A stretch of 64,000 nt of DNA from Eledone cirrhosa (lineage: Eukaryota). The DNA is taken from positions 245,768,001-245,832,000 of the forward strand of contig OZ024742.1 of assembly GCA_964016885.1 (NCBI GenBank), given 5' to 3'. The notes beneath the pieces were generated by a model. The model made no database searches, was not told the DNA's origin, and saw only the letters and a program-made list of their open reading frames with translations. Position 1 is the stretch's first letter; the number at the start of each line of letters is the position of its first letter. The translations under genes and the position numbers were made by a program. This document shows positions 37,504 to 52,616 of this stretch, one piece after another.

Positions 37504-38565
37504 TCTATATGTAAGCGAAGTTAGAGGGAAAAAAAAATGTTTCCGTTTGTCTTGTTTATATTCTCGTAATTAGAGCTTTTTCTCATTTAATTTTAATATG
37601 CGAGGGCAATCCCAAAAGTAAGGCCTCCAAAGCGATGGGGACGCAGAGAAACTGTTTGTACGGCTGTTGGCAACACTGTTGTGATTGGTGCTTCCTTCAC
37701 TCCCAAACAAGCATGCGCGCGCTTCGCTGGGATGCTCAATCTTGGTTTGGCAGCCGTTGAGAATGGAGCTCCCGTTGAACGCTACCGCCAAGTGCAAAGT
37801 TCGCGCAGTTATTCGGTTTTGAACGCAAAAGGCATTGAACCGATTGAAATTCATCGCCAATTGACGGAAGTGTATGGACAGTCGTGCATGAATGTCAAAA
37901 ACGTTCGCAAGTGGTGTAGAGAGTTTACAGCCGGTCGTACTGAAATTCACGACGAACAAAGGAGCGGGAGACCGTCAATTTCTGACGAGACAGTTGCAAT
38001 TTTTCCGTTAAAATCCTGTGGATGGTGCTTCGGGAAACCCCAGGAACCAAAATGCAGAGAGCATCAAGACTGATCCTCCGATCTTTACGCATGTTTTCCT
38101 CAACCTTTGCGACTGTCTCGTCGGAAATTGACGGTTCCCCGCTCCTTTGTTCGTCGTGCATTTCAGTATGACCGGCTGTAAACTCTCTACACCACTTGCG
38201 AACGGGAGTGAAAATATGAACACATACGATATATACAAAGCATATAAATAAATTTACAGTAGAATAACATAACAAATATGTTTTAAATATATACATGTAA
38301 CATTACAAATGCTTAGATAACATTATAAATTGCTCACGATTCTGTCAGAAGGATATATTCCTTTAATGTTGCAATATTAAAGAAAATGTAAAGGAAGGGG
38401 TGAATAACCGAGCCACCACCAGAGCAAAAGACAGCAGCGAGGAGTACTGGACAACTTATCTAATGATTTTTGAGGCAAGCCAGCACACTCGCAGTGTTAC
38501 CTTGGATGAATAGGCACACTACACATGCTAGCAGAAAACCATCCGAAGGGTGGTTTTTCTGCTAG
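37504..38565 (+). mobile_element. Probable non-autonomous Helitron enclosing mariner fragments
   Basis: A|TCTATAT start; terminal hairpin ending CTAG|T. Confidence 0.5.
37598..38204 (+). mobile_element. Mariner transposase 5' fragment (HTH) with an internal inversion
   Basis: TIR-like CGAGGGCAATCCCAAAAGTAAGG; VRAVIRF.NAKGIEPIEIHRQLTEVYGQSCMNVKNVRKWCREFTAGRTEIHDEQRSGRPS; the continuation lies on the minus strand at 38000-38204. Confidence 0.88.
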
Positions 38566-38624
38566 TATATATAAATAAGAAATGTAAGTCAACAGGTTAA
38601 AATTAACTTTGTTTATTCATAGTT

Positions 38625-38683
38625 GCTGTTATATATATTTCGGTGATAAATGTTATGCAACAGATATGACCTCATCAGACAGC
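38625..38683 (-). ncRNA. Minimal type I hammerhead in an ORF-less element ~38575-38805
   Basis: GCTGT-CTGATGA-GGT..TGTTGCATAACA..ACC-GAAA-TATATA-TA-ACAGC. Confidence 0.8.
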
Positions 38684-38831
38684 TAGAATTTGAACAGAAA
38701 AAACAGAAAAACATAATGATGGAATAAAGCTTATTTCTGTTATTTTGATTTTTTTATATGCTCCGTGCTGAATTTCAGTGTTGTTTTCTCAAGGCACACC
38801 GGTTGCATATATATATATATATATGTATATA

Positions 38832-39010
38832 TAACGAAGGAACCAGGTGGACCATAACGCACCAGAGTACTCGATACTTTGGGTAGTAGAGTTGGTAATA
38901 GGAAAATGTTCAGGACCCTGACGCCAGAGCTCAAACCGTTTTGATGGCTATTTCAGTTCAGAAATAGTCGTTGAAATGGCTTGAGCTCTGCTGTTGGGGT
39001 CCTGAACATT

Positions 39011-39011
<1 letters not shown>
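38832..39011 (-). mobile_element. Diverged terminal relic of the 10613-15416 Naiad family with foldback
   Basis: ataacgaaggaaccaggtggaccataacgcacc..gggtagtagag matches 10611-10740; 38905-39011 is self-complementary. Confidence 0.8.
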
Positions 39012-39071
<60 letters not shown>

Positions 39072-39404
39072 GAATGTATATATATATATATATATCATAT
39101 ATAATCATTCATGAATGACTGGCTGATAATTCATACAGTATGCAGCAAGGGGCAGCCAAACTTCCTGTTTATCTAGTTGGTGAAGTGAAAGAGAGATGTG
39201 ACCATAGAGTTACCCAGTAGTCACTTTCTACATACAAGGGTTATGTGAACTTCTCTTCTGACTCTCATATAATACATTTACAAAATATAATACTGGGTTC
39301 AGACAACCAGAAAATCAAAGAAGCCCCAGATCTGAAAATTTGACTTATGAAAGGATTTTCTTTCATACCTAAGATCTATAAAACTGGGGACGCAGAGAAA
39401 CTGT

Positions 39405-42055
39405 TTGGCTCATTTTCCTCTAAGTATTGGGAAAGAGATTCGATGTCATATGCTGTTTCCCGCAACAAATCCGGGGCCAACGTGTTAGCTTCCTCTCTTA
39501 CGGTTGACGGCAAGCCATACGTCGCCAACTCACTCCCACCCATGTCGAGGAGGGCGTCCTCGATATCAATGAGTGCCCTGTTGTAGATAATGCTGCTGTA
39601 AGCAACTTCCACTGAAGGATACTGCAGATGAGCCAGGCGCAGGAAATCCTCAGACATGACGTCTCTGTACTTGACCCATAAAGATTTGGGATCACCCAAT
39701 TCACTTTTGAAGCAAAATGGCAAAGAGTTCCCGTAGACCTTTAGGTGATTTCAACAAAGCACCCTCTGCTAAAGTGGAATCCCATTGCGAATCATCCAAA
39801 AGACCACGCTTAAAGCAGGCTTCCCGGTACGTATCACATATTTCTCTATCAACAGTTTTGAGGTCCTGAAAACTTTGTGGGCCTACAACTTCATGCAGAA
39901 GAAGGCGGAGATGAAAGCACTCATGCTGACTTGGGGGCACAGTGTAAACCCTTCCAAGACAGCTGTCAAATTTTACACCAGGATGTCTTTCAACAGCCTG
40001 ACCTGACTTTCTTCGCACCCAAGTGTTTTTCGACCATATAAAGTAGGATGTAACCTGGGAGTACACAATTGTTTGCGCAAATGTATCGAACTGGCAAAGT
40101 TTGAAGAAACCTGTCAGAGTGGTCTCTTTCGGATCGGCGGCCAGCTTGGCGGCGGTTTGGTCCGTAAAGTAAACCCTTTGCCCATTTTCCAAATGTACCG
40201 CAAGCTGTACGATGGCGGGGTGCCGTTGGTGTAGGGGGAAACCAAATAGGCGCCAAAAAGCTTCATTGCTACTGTTGTACCGTCCCGCCAGGTATTCTGT
40301 GACCTCATAAGAGCCCTTATTTACATATTTGCATATGTATTTTATAGACTTGACGGAGTTGCAAAACTCAACGTTGATGTGGGCGTTGAACATCTTCAAG
40401 AGAAGCGGGCTGTAAGGAACCACCCATCTATTGTCGACTTGACCTCCCTTTACTGTTGTGGTGAAGCCACTGTTCCCGGGCCTTCTCCGCCTGTACAGGG
40501 GTTACCCATCGCCACCAGTCTGAGTCTCGTCAACAAATTTTTTTGGGTATCCCTTACTGCACGACCCCCCCCCCCCCCCACTTTCAGACACGTGTGATGC
40601 TCATTAGGACTCGACGCAGACGAATCATGTTAGCTTTGACGATGTCTTGTAATTCCTGGTCAGTTGCTGGGTTAGGGATTTCAGCAGAAATGAAGCTGTC
40701 TATAGCATTTGAATTGATTTTATCAGCTAACCAAATCAAAATGTGAGCATGTGGCAGCCCTCGTTTTTGCCATAAACGGTGAACATGTCACATTTTACAT
40801 CCCCAAATACCTGACCTTTTTGATTAAAGCCATGAGTTTAGCCAGTTCCAGTCTGAACACTCTGGCAATGAGGTCATGTCTGTTCGAATAATTTTGCCCA
40901 GGAAAAAGTTCACGGGTTACATTCCGATTCATATGTCTATAGCATTAATCTGTTATATGAAGTGTTATTTTGCGGGTTGTTATTTGCAATAAGCCGATTG
41001 AAAATGCCCCAGATAAGCCGTATGCCAATACGGAACGCTCAATACGGAACGCTCCACTGCAGTGTTGTCATATAGGGAGTGAAGAGCGACAGAGAGAGTA
41101 AAGCAGTTAAATTATAGAGAGGGGGAATATACGGAACGCGCCATTTGATCATATACATTGTTTCTCTCTCTGCAGTGTTGTCATATAGTGAGTGAAGAGC
41201 GACAGAGAGAGTAAAGCAGTTAAATTATAGAGAGGTCGTTATTGTTACGTTTGTTGTTTTATAAATTCATCTGTTGCTTTTGAATATTTGTTATTTGATG
41301 TAAAATGTAAGTGTGTACCTAAACTGTAATGGAGACGGAGGCAGTAACCTTTTAAAGAGAGTTGCAGAGGAGATTGAGGGTAGTGAGAGGAATGAAGCGT
41401 GTAAGAGAGAGGGATAAGCCGTATGTCAATACGGAACGCTCAATACGGAACGCTCCACTGCAGAGTTGTCATATAGGGAGTGAAGAGCGACAGAGAGAGT
41501 AAAGCAGTTAAATTATAGAGAGGGGGAATATACGGAACGCTCCATTTGATCATATACATTGTTTCTCTCTCTGCAATGTTGTCATATAGGGAGTGAAGAG
41601 CGACAGAGAGAGAGTAAAGCAGTTAAATTATAGAGAGGTCGTTATTGTTACGTTTGTTGTTTTATAAATTCATCTGTTGCTTTTGAATATTTATTTGATG
41701 TAAAATGTAAGTGTGTACCTAAACTGTAATGGAGACGGAGGCAGTAACTTTTTAAATAGAGTTGCAGACGGGATTGAGGGTGGTGAGAGGAATGAAGCGT
41801 GTAAGAGAGAGGGTTATCAAAGTTTGTGTCGCGTTCCTTCAGAGACGGAGGCAGTAACCTTTTAAAGAGAGTTGCGGAGGAGATTGAGGGTAGTGAGAAG
41901 AATGAAGCGTGTAAGAGAGAGGTTTACAGCATGTATTTAGTTTTATCGATTTTTTTTCATAGAAGCAGGAAATGTTTGGCAAAAGTAATTACGCGTTGAC
42001 CTGTCCTGGTAAATTTGGAGCACATTGGAAAAAAATCATCAAAATCGGGGGTGTA
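39405..42055 (-). mobile_element. Helitron fragment: broken Rep (HUH) coding region 39405-40920 plus upstream 401-bp tandem duplication (41012-41812)
   Basis: RHDLIARVF, WQKRGLPHAHILIWL, VPYSPLLLKMFNAHINVEFCNSVKSIKYICKYVNKG, LAVHLENGQRVYF, TYREACFKRGLL. Confidence 0.9.
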
Positions 42056-42061
42056 TTTTGT

Positions 42062-43006
42062 TAGAGATGCCTACTGGCTGTAGTAGGTTTTACTTTGTAT
42101 TTAGGTAAGGCGGGTCTTCTCTATTACTGAGTACCGCCAAAGGTCTCGGTCCAGTGACATTGTCTTGGAGAGGTGTAAGTGTGTGAGGTCAGAATTTATC
42201 AGCTCGTCCCAGGTTTTTCTGGGTCTGCCTACTCCGTAGCTACCGTTTATCTTTATTGCCCTGCACTTTGTTATACAGCTGTCGTCTTTCATGCGCATCA
42301 CGTGACCATACCAACGTAGCCTTCTCTCGAGTAAACAACATCTGATCCCTCTTATTTCTAATTTTTTCCTTAGTTCGCTTATGCTTTGCCGTTCACGTAT
42401 GTTACTATTACACATCCAGCAGAGCATGTAAGCTTCGTTCCTCTCTAGTCTGCGTATATCCTCTGCACACAATGCCCAGGTCTCACTGCCATGCAACATT
42501 GCTGTTCGTATGCAGGCATCATACAACCTGCCTTTCATTCTTAGGGAGAACCCTTTAGCGGCTAATAGTGGTATAAGCTCTCTGAACTTTTTCCAACCTG
42601 CTCTGACTCTAGCTACTGTACTTTCAGAGCACCCTCCCCCACTGCTGATTTTGTCGCCCAGGTAACGGAAGCTGTCCACTATTTCTATAGAACCCTCTGC
42701 GCAATTGAAAGAGCTAGTATTTTGTGGGCACTTGCTGCTACTTATTGCACCAGAGCACCGGCCACATGTAAAATCTATGTTCTTAGTTAGCTTACCTGTG
42801 ATCCCACTACATCTTTTATGCACCCATACTTTGCATTTGGGACATAAAATGGAGTTTCTACCTACGCCTTTCCTACACACTGAGCATGGCCATTTCCCGG
42901 AAGGGACCGGCGCCTTATTTTCTTTCCTACAAACTAGAACTTTAGTCTTAGCCAGGTTAATTTTAAGGCCTTTTGATTCTAGGCCGTGCTTCCATGTTTG
43001 GAATTC

Positions 43007-43008
<2 letters not shown>
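42062..43008 (-). mobile_element. 5'-truncated RTE LINE with PHD insert
   Basis: [53 protein letters not shown]. Confidence 0.92.
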
Positions 43009-43071
<63 letters not shown>

Positions 43072-43079
43072 GGTAGATG

Positions 43080-43138
<59 letters not shown>

Positions 43139-43170
43139 TTCATGCATATATATATATATAAAACGGTAGA

Positions 43171-43211
<41 letters not shown>

Positions 43212-43291
43212 TTCATGCAAAGCTTCCGAATATTGTCTTTTCATGGATGCTGGCCAAGCGCCACAACTTCGATTTTACTCACTTCCACTCT

Positions 43292-43343
<52 letters not shown>

Positions 43344-43661
43344 TATATGTATATATATCATCATCAACATTATCATCGTTTAATGTCTATTTTCGATGCT
43401 AACATGGGTTAGATGGATTGTTTCATTTAAAGCAAGTCGGGTCAGGTGACCATGTCTTGCTCATGCAGAACTGTTTCTGGCTTGGTTTCTACGGCTGGAT
43501 GCCCTTCCTAACACCAACCACATTTACAGTGTGAGCTAGGTGCTTTTGGGTGTGACACCTACAGAACTACTTTACAGTGTGGACTGGGGACTGAGGCAAG
43601 GAAGAAGGGTGTTTTTCTTTAAAGCTGTGCATGGATATCTGTCATCATTAATGAACCAAAA

Positions 43662-43744
43662 GTCTGATGAGCTTTTGATTACAGAGTTGGGCCAGATCGA
43701 TACAGATCGAACCTTGAGCTGATCAATAGCGAAACAGATGTCAC
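43662..43744 (+). ncRNA. Hammerhead with long branched stem II (stem I weak)
   Basis: CTGATGA-GCTTTTGAT...ATCAATAGC-GAAA-CAGATG-TC. Confidence 0.6.
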
Positions 43745-44229
43745 ACCTGAATTAAGTTAATGGTGATACTCTGACACCTTGTTCCTACTTATTACACACT
43801 GCATACGAGGGAAACTGATCATAGTTTAACACTAAATGTGTACAGAGAGAGAGAGGGAGAGAGAGAGAGAGGGAGAGAGGGGGGGGGGGAAGATGGGAGA
43901 GAGAGAGAGAGAGAGGGAGAAACAGGAAGATATCATTTGGACAGAAATAATTGTTTCTGTATTCATGCTACTGCTACTGCTGCTGTTGATGATAATGCTG
44001 GTGGCAATGTTGCTACTTCTGTTGATGTTATTGTTGTTGCTGCAGTCGTTATATCCCTTTCATCAATGTCATACATCATCAGACAATACAATGATTATTA
44101 ACAAATATCCTTTAATGTTTTTATGGATCAAATGATCAATACTAGGCCTGGCTTTCCGTCAACATCCACTTCTCCGTTATCTCAGCTGTGTGAATAACCA
44201 CCACAACAACAATAATAACAAAAACAATA

Positions 44230-44697
44230 ATGGTTTCTGATTTAGGCACAAGGACAGCAATTGTGGAGGAGGAGAAAGTCGATTAAATCGACCCCAGTGT
44301 GTAGCTGGTATTTTATTTTATTACTCCACAAGGATGAAAGGCAAAGCTAACCTCGGCGGGATTTGAATTTAGAACATAAAGGGATGTAAGTATTTGTCAC
44401 AAAGCATGTTGTATGATGCTCTACTGATACTGCCAATCTACCACCCTTAATAATAATTGTTTCTACTATTGGCACAAGGCCAGCAAATACCCAGTACATT
44501 ACTGGTACTTTATTTTATCAACCCCTGTAAGGATGAAAGCAAAGTTAACCTCGGTGGGATTTGAACTCAGAATGGCAAGGGCTGTAACTCTATGCGTCAA
44601 AGCATGGCGTCCGACCCTCTACCGATACTGCCAATCCACCGCCCTTAATATTAATAATAATAATTGTTTCTAGTTTTGGCACAAGGCCAGCAATTTT
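44230..44697 (-). mobile_element. Two tandem tRNA-derived SINEs plus a partial third; further copies at 45956-46130(+) and 53407-53595(+)
   Basis: Family consensus as at 20562. Confidence 0.85.
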
Positions 44698-45129
44698 AAG
44701 GAAAAGGGAAACCTTCTCTCTCTGGATTGTTAGGCTCTCCCTCTCTGTCACTACCATCTAGGATCCTGGGAATGTGGACTCTGACTATCCCCCTGCCCAT
44801 GTGGGATGAGTGCATCACAACGTGGTCCATCCTAAAGGGGGTCACTGAGTGCTCCATAGCAAGGGCCTCAGACTTAAATAGCACCAAGATGGTGCCGAAT
44901 TGTTTGCCCCTTGCTATATAGTCTATGTCTTCTCAGATGCATTTCAGTCCAGCCACCACCTCAACCTGTCGAGTTTGTTCTGCTTTGTGCATCTGCACTG
45001 AAATGCATCTATATATAATAGTCCTCTGCTGCATTGCCTCCGTTGCCTCAGCCAGAACAGTTAGGTTGGCCCAGGTTTTCTCATGTTTAATCAGCTTCCA
45101 TCAAGATACCTCACATTAGCACCAATTGA

Positions 45130-45616
45130 ATATAAGATTAGACACGATAGGGTGGGGCAATATATCCACTGGTTAATATGCAAACAATATAATGCAGAAT
45201 ATATTCAGAAAACTGGTATGAACGCAAACCACAATCAGTAACTGAAATGGAAGGAGTAACAATCCTTTGGGACTTTACCACCCACACAGATCGTACTATT
45301 AATGCAAACTTCCCTGATATTTATTATTAAAGATTTTGAAAACAAGACCTGCTTACTCATTGATATGACTGTACTGACCAATAGAAATGTGTCAGGAAAA
45401 GAGTATGGAAAACTTTCAAATATAAAGATTGAGATAAACAGAATGTGGCACTTTACAATGCAGACTATTCTGGTAGTGATAGGATCACTAGGTGTCATAA
45501 ACAAATGTATTCAAAAGTTTCTAGAAAACATAGTTGGTAAACTTAAAATCTATGAAATCCAAAAGATAGTTCTAACAGGTACCACTCACATACTTTGTAA
45601 ATTTTTGTCTTTGTAA
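45130..45616 (+). mobile_element. R4/Dong-like LINE C-terminal restriction-like endonuclease relic
   Basis: ILWDF..TDRTINAN.PD..KTCLLIDM..KEYGKL..EINRMW..VVIGSLG..IQKIVLTGTTHILCKFL. Confidence 0.75.
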
Positions 45617-46139
45617 TATATGTCAACACACAAACTTTTCTGTTTAATTTTTATAGTAAATTTAATTGATATTTAATAGCATTCAAATATCCTTAACACA
45701 AAGTTAATTCATATCTTTTATATTCTTTTATACTTCTTTTTATCCCCTTCTACCTTACTATACTTATTTTCTCAATTTGTTTTACCTATCAGCTTTTGTG
45801 TTGTAACAGATTAAGTGAATGTGAAGACAATAATAAATTTAAAAAATGACCCTTACTCTTCTTCCAAAATAGAAAGCAAGTATTGTTTTCTGGTTGCTTA
45901 TTGTCTTATCCTGTTGGTTGAATATGTGAGTTCCTGGCAACATTATAGATACAAGGGCGGTGGATTGGCAATATCGGTAGAGAGTCAGCATAGAGTTGTG
46001 GCTCTTTATGTTCTGAGTTCAAATCTAGCCAAGGTTAGCTTTGCCTTTCATCCTTATGGGTTGATAAAATAAAGTACCAGTAATGCCCTGAGGTAATTGC
46101 TGGCCTTGTGCCAAAAGTAGAAACAATTATAGATACTAG

Positions 46140-47230
46140 ATGCCCATCCTCAGTCTGTGCTGGACCGAAGACGGAAGTTCTGTTAAGAAGGTGAGGAGTG
46201 GAAAAATGTGTCTAATGAAAAGTGGCCACATCAATTCATTGTTATGGGAATTAAGGTATTTCTATACATGCATCAGCCTCAGTGCATATCTGTGCATCTT
46301 CAGTGTGGCATGCTGATATTTCCATAGAATTGGTGTTGACAGCAGAATGATTCCTGATTAGTGGAACTTGTGCTTTCTACAAGAAAAGAAAGAGTATGTG
46401 TTCCAAATTGGTCAGATGTTCCCCATGACAAGGAATGATGGTCAGTACACTATCAATGCAATATAGGCATTCACCACTTCAGCATGACCTTTCAGAGACA
46501 TCTTTCTCTCAGCCCATTTTTGAGTGAAACTAACTACTTTGTTCATGACCTCTTCCTAGTTCTTGTCTATCTGGAGGTCCAGTTCAAACTAAGCCCCAAG
46601 CCCCTTAATCAAGCCTTCAGTTCAGTGACAGAAATTGTCACTATGAGACATGGACCTGCCTTTCCATGAGCGGAGTTGCAAGACAAACAACTTGTCCCAG
46701 TTTATGAATGCTCTGCCACCTGATTTTCTAATGCATCTCATTTATTTAGGTCCATTCTCAGCAAGGTCACCATTGCACGGTTCACACAAAAGGAATGCTA
46801 CTAGTCTGCTGCTTGTTGCAGTAGACAGCTGCCAATACAGTAGTGAATAATTCTGGCTTGAGAAAATAGAATTCATAGGGCAGACCCTCGAAACCAGAGG
46901 ATTTTTACCTCATCACACAGTGCGTCAGTGCATTCACTGCATCATCTGGTCAATAGTCATTGCTGATTGTCAAGGGAGGCATCAAAGTCTATCATTTTTA
47001 GTTAGTCACACCTCACAGAAAATTTGTCAAAGTGCCTCTGTAAAACCATACACATTTGGCTGAGATTGGATAATACTTGCCCACTTCGGTTCATCAGAGA
47101 TCAAATCATGGCTTTGTTACCATACTATGTTTCCATAACCCAGGCTCATCAGTTGGCTTTTGAAGCTCTGTTTCACTATATGCATCTCAGCATAAACAAT
47201 GCACCCATGTTTTGCCCTTCACTCTCTGAC
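46140..47230 (-). mobile_element. Degenerate Tx1/L1-clade RT fragment
   Basis: Minus-strand remnants GFEGLPYEFY and DLQIDKN*EEVMNKVVSFTQKWAERKMSLKGHAEVVNAYI. Confidence 0.65.
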
Positions 47231-47249
47231 TAAATAATGAAAAAAAATA

Positions 47250-47612
47250 TCTACCATTCAAATTACTGATTGATCTACTGTTTAATGTGTCACTTGATCT
47301 ATCATTTATCTACCACTTGGCCTAGTGTTCAATTTACTACTTGATGTATCACTTGGCCAATTGCTCAATCTACCATTCAACATACTGCTCAATCTATTGA
47401 TCAATCTATCGCTCAACCTACTGCTCAATCTACTGCTCAACCTACTGTTCAGCCTAAGGTTCAATCTACCAATCTTCCTCTCAATCTACCACTCAGTTGA
47501 CCATTCAATCTACTGCTCAATCTACCACTCAACTTACCACCAAATATATTGCTCAACCTACTAGTCAGCCTAAGGTTCAATCCACCAATCTACTGCTCAA
47601 TCTACTTATCAA
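47250..47612. repeat. Degenerate 12-bp tandem repeat
   Basis: (tcaatctactgc)n-like. Confidence 0.75.
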
Positions 47613-48024
47613 TTAAGCACTATACCAGTCTTAAGGGGAGTGTAAACTTTATATTTCCTTTCCTTAGAAACGTCATGCTTTACGCTTTATATTTTTCAGT
47701 AGATTGGCCACAGGAAGCTGGTCTAATGTATTCTCTCTAGAGATGTAATAATATCACATTCAACACAAGTAACATGTGGAACTGGATATTGCTACTTGCA
47801 TCAAATTGTAGCCATATTATTTCACTTTTCAATCAACAGGGATAGGCTATATCCAGAGACAAATTGGAAAAAAAAAAAAAAAACCAATTTCTGTAGAGAA
47901 GTTTGACCCCAAAATATATTTGACTGAATGAGATTTGCATACACACATATCACATATTCACACAAACGCACAAACACACACATCAATGCACATACACACA
48001 TATGCGTGCACACACACACTCACA

Positions 48025-50120
<2,096 letters not shown>

Positions 50121-50685
50121 ATAAGTTGTAATATAATGAAACGAAATTTCATTTCTCACTCTTAGTACGGCACTTACTTAAATGTAAGTATACGTACATA
50201 CATATATGTATACAGACGTACAGTAGCATGCATATATATATATATATATATATACATACAGGTACACATATATATATGTACGTATCAGTTTAGCGAACGT
50301 TTATTATAACGCTCGCTTTGTCCGTTTGTAAACAAGCGAACAGCCTGATTTATGCCATACGGTGTTAAGGCAACCACGTCACCTTTTTGTTCAACACTGA
50401 CACAGGAACGATGTACTAGTTTCAAGCTTGTTAGCTATCATCAGCACCGTATACCCTTCTGCCAGATAGTTGAACGTTCGACAGTATATACTTTCCTTAT
50501 GAAAATTAACGGCTGAGCAGCCTAATTTGCATATCGAGTGAGTTCAGTCGGCCAGGCGTACCGAAAACGATAAGTTTTAATATAATGAAACGAAATTTCA
50601 TTTCTCACTCTTAGTACGGCACTTACTTAAATGTAAGTATGTATGGATACGTACATACATATATGTATACAGACGTACAGTAGCA

Positions 50686-50741
<56 letters not shown>

Positions 50742-50876
50742 TGCTACTGTACGTTAACACCGTATGGCATAAATCAGGCTGTTCGCTTGTTTACAAACGG
50801 ACAAAGCGAGCGTTATAATAAACGTTCGCTAAACTGATACGTACATATATATATGTGTACCTGTATATATGTGTAC

Positions 50877-50921
<45 letters not shown>

Positions 50922-51347
50922 TGCTACTGTACGCCTGTATACATATATGTATGTACGTATATATACATACTTACATTTAAGTAAGTGCCGTACTAAGGGT
51001 GAGAAATGAAATTTCGTTTCATTATATTACAACTTATCATTTTCGGTACGCCTGGCCGACTGAACTCACTCGATATGCAAATTAGGCTGCTCAGCCGTTA
51101 ATTTTCATAAGGAAAGTATATACTTTCGAACGTTCAACTATCTGGCAGAAGGGTATACGGTGCTGATGATAGCTAACAAGTTTGAAACTAGTACATCGTT
51201 CCTGTGTCAGTGTTGAACAAAAAGGTGACGTGGTTGCCTTAACACCGTATGGCATAAATCAGGCTGTTCGCTTGTTTACAAACGGAGAAGCGAGCGTTAT
51301 AATAAACGTTCGCTAAACTGATACGTACATATATATATGTGTACCTG

Positions 51348-51350
<3 letters not shown>
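50121..51350. mobile_element. ORF-less ~449-bp hammerhead-containing unit in partial tandem and inverted copies (retrozyme-like)
   Basis: 50131 recurs at 50580 (period 449); inverted copies at 50737-50880 and 50918-51350; hammerheads at 50410-50447(-) and 51160-51197(+): GTG-CTGATGA-TAGCT(aaca)AGYTT-GAAA-CTAG-TA-CAT. Confidence 0.75.
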
Positions 51351-51399
<49 letters not shown>

Positions 51400-51402
<3 letters not shown>

Positions 51403-52346
51403 ATAATAATAAATTTGAAGACTAAAATCCAAAGAGGGCTCGATAAGGATAAATATATATCAGATATATAAGAACCGTAGAGCAAATTTGCACTTTGTGT
51501 TTTGGTTGATGTACGTCTGTGAACATATGCGTCTTTACATGTGGGTGTGTGTGTGCGCGCGTTGTATACGTATTTATGTGTGTATATTTATATACGTTTA
51601 TTTAATTATGTATACACGCACACACACACATGTGTATATATATGTTTTTATTTATTTATTTTTATGTGTATTTGGTGTATACGTTCGTTGTATGCGGGTA
51701 CAGGCGTTGCGTGGGTTCTGTATGTGCGTGTGTGTGTTTTTTTTGTTTTTTTTTGTGTGTACGTGCTTATATTTGCATACCCATGGGGAGTGTTTTCGCG
51801 TATGCTTGTGTATGTACGTATATGGATGTGTGTATGTATTTATTTAATTTCATTTACCTCTGTATTTTATTTACTTTATTCTTAACTCTGAAGCTGAGAA
51901 TCATTCGGTTTCCTAAATAGAATTTTAGTCTACGACTTCAGTTTTACCATTTATGTGGTTTTGTCTTTGCGTGTAATTGTTCTCATTGATCCACATAATG
52001 ACGTATTATCTTCGTTTTTTCCGTTCATTGCCAGAGAACGTCTCCATGAACCACCTAATAGATTATTAGTCTACGACTTCATTTATACCATAAACGTGGT
52101 TTTGTCCTTGCGTGTAATTGTTTTCACTGCACCAAATAATGACGTATTATCTTCGTTTTTTTTTACGTTCTTTGCCAGGGAACGTTTCCACAAACCAAAG
52201 TATCGTCTTCCCGTCTTCCTTCGGTTGCAACGTTTTTTGAAATATTTACTTCTGCGTTCACAGATTGACTTTTTTAGTTTCAGAAGATCCCGTTAAGGGT
52301 GAAAGCAGCGATTCTTTGCTTAAACTTTAATCTGTTATTTTAATAA
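51400..52346 (+). mobile_element. Another pseudo-LTR/3' UTR copy of the 48143 Naiad family with a short inverted end (51400-51487)
   Basis: Diverged reverse complement of 48230-48920. Confidence 0.85.
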
Positions 52347-52471
52347 ATATATATATATAGTTTCCATTTGTTAATATATTGTATATTTACTCCAATTAAT
52401 TTGTTGAGTGCTTTATATCAGTTATAAAAATATTTTGCTTGTTGTATCCCAACAAATTAAATATAACCTCT

Positions 52472-52511
<40 letters not shown>

Positions 52512-52616
52512 CAGAGTTAAAATATTAATTTATTATGGATATGTCATGAGTCTTGTTAATCTGGAGTTTCACCTGCACACTCGTAGGATCATCACATACA
52601 CATCACATACACATAC

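Noticed and set aside
44700-45100. Possible coding or LINE relic
   Set aside because: No motif I could assign.
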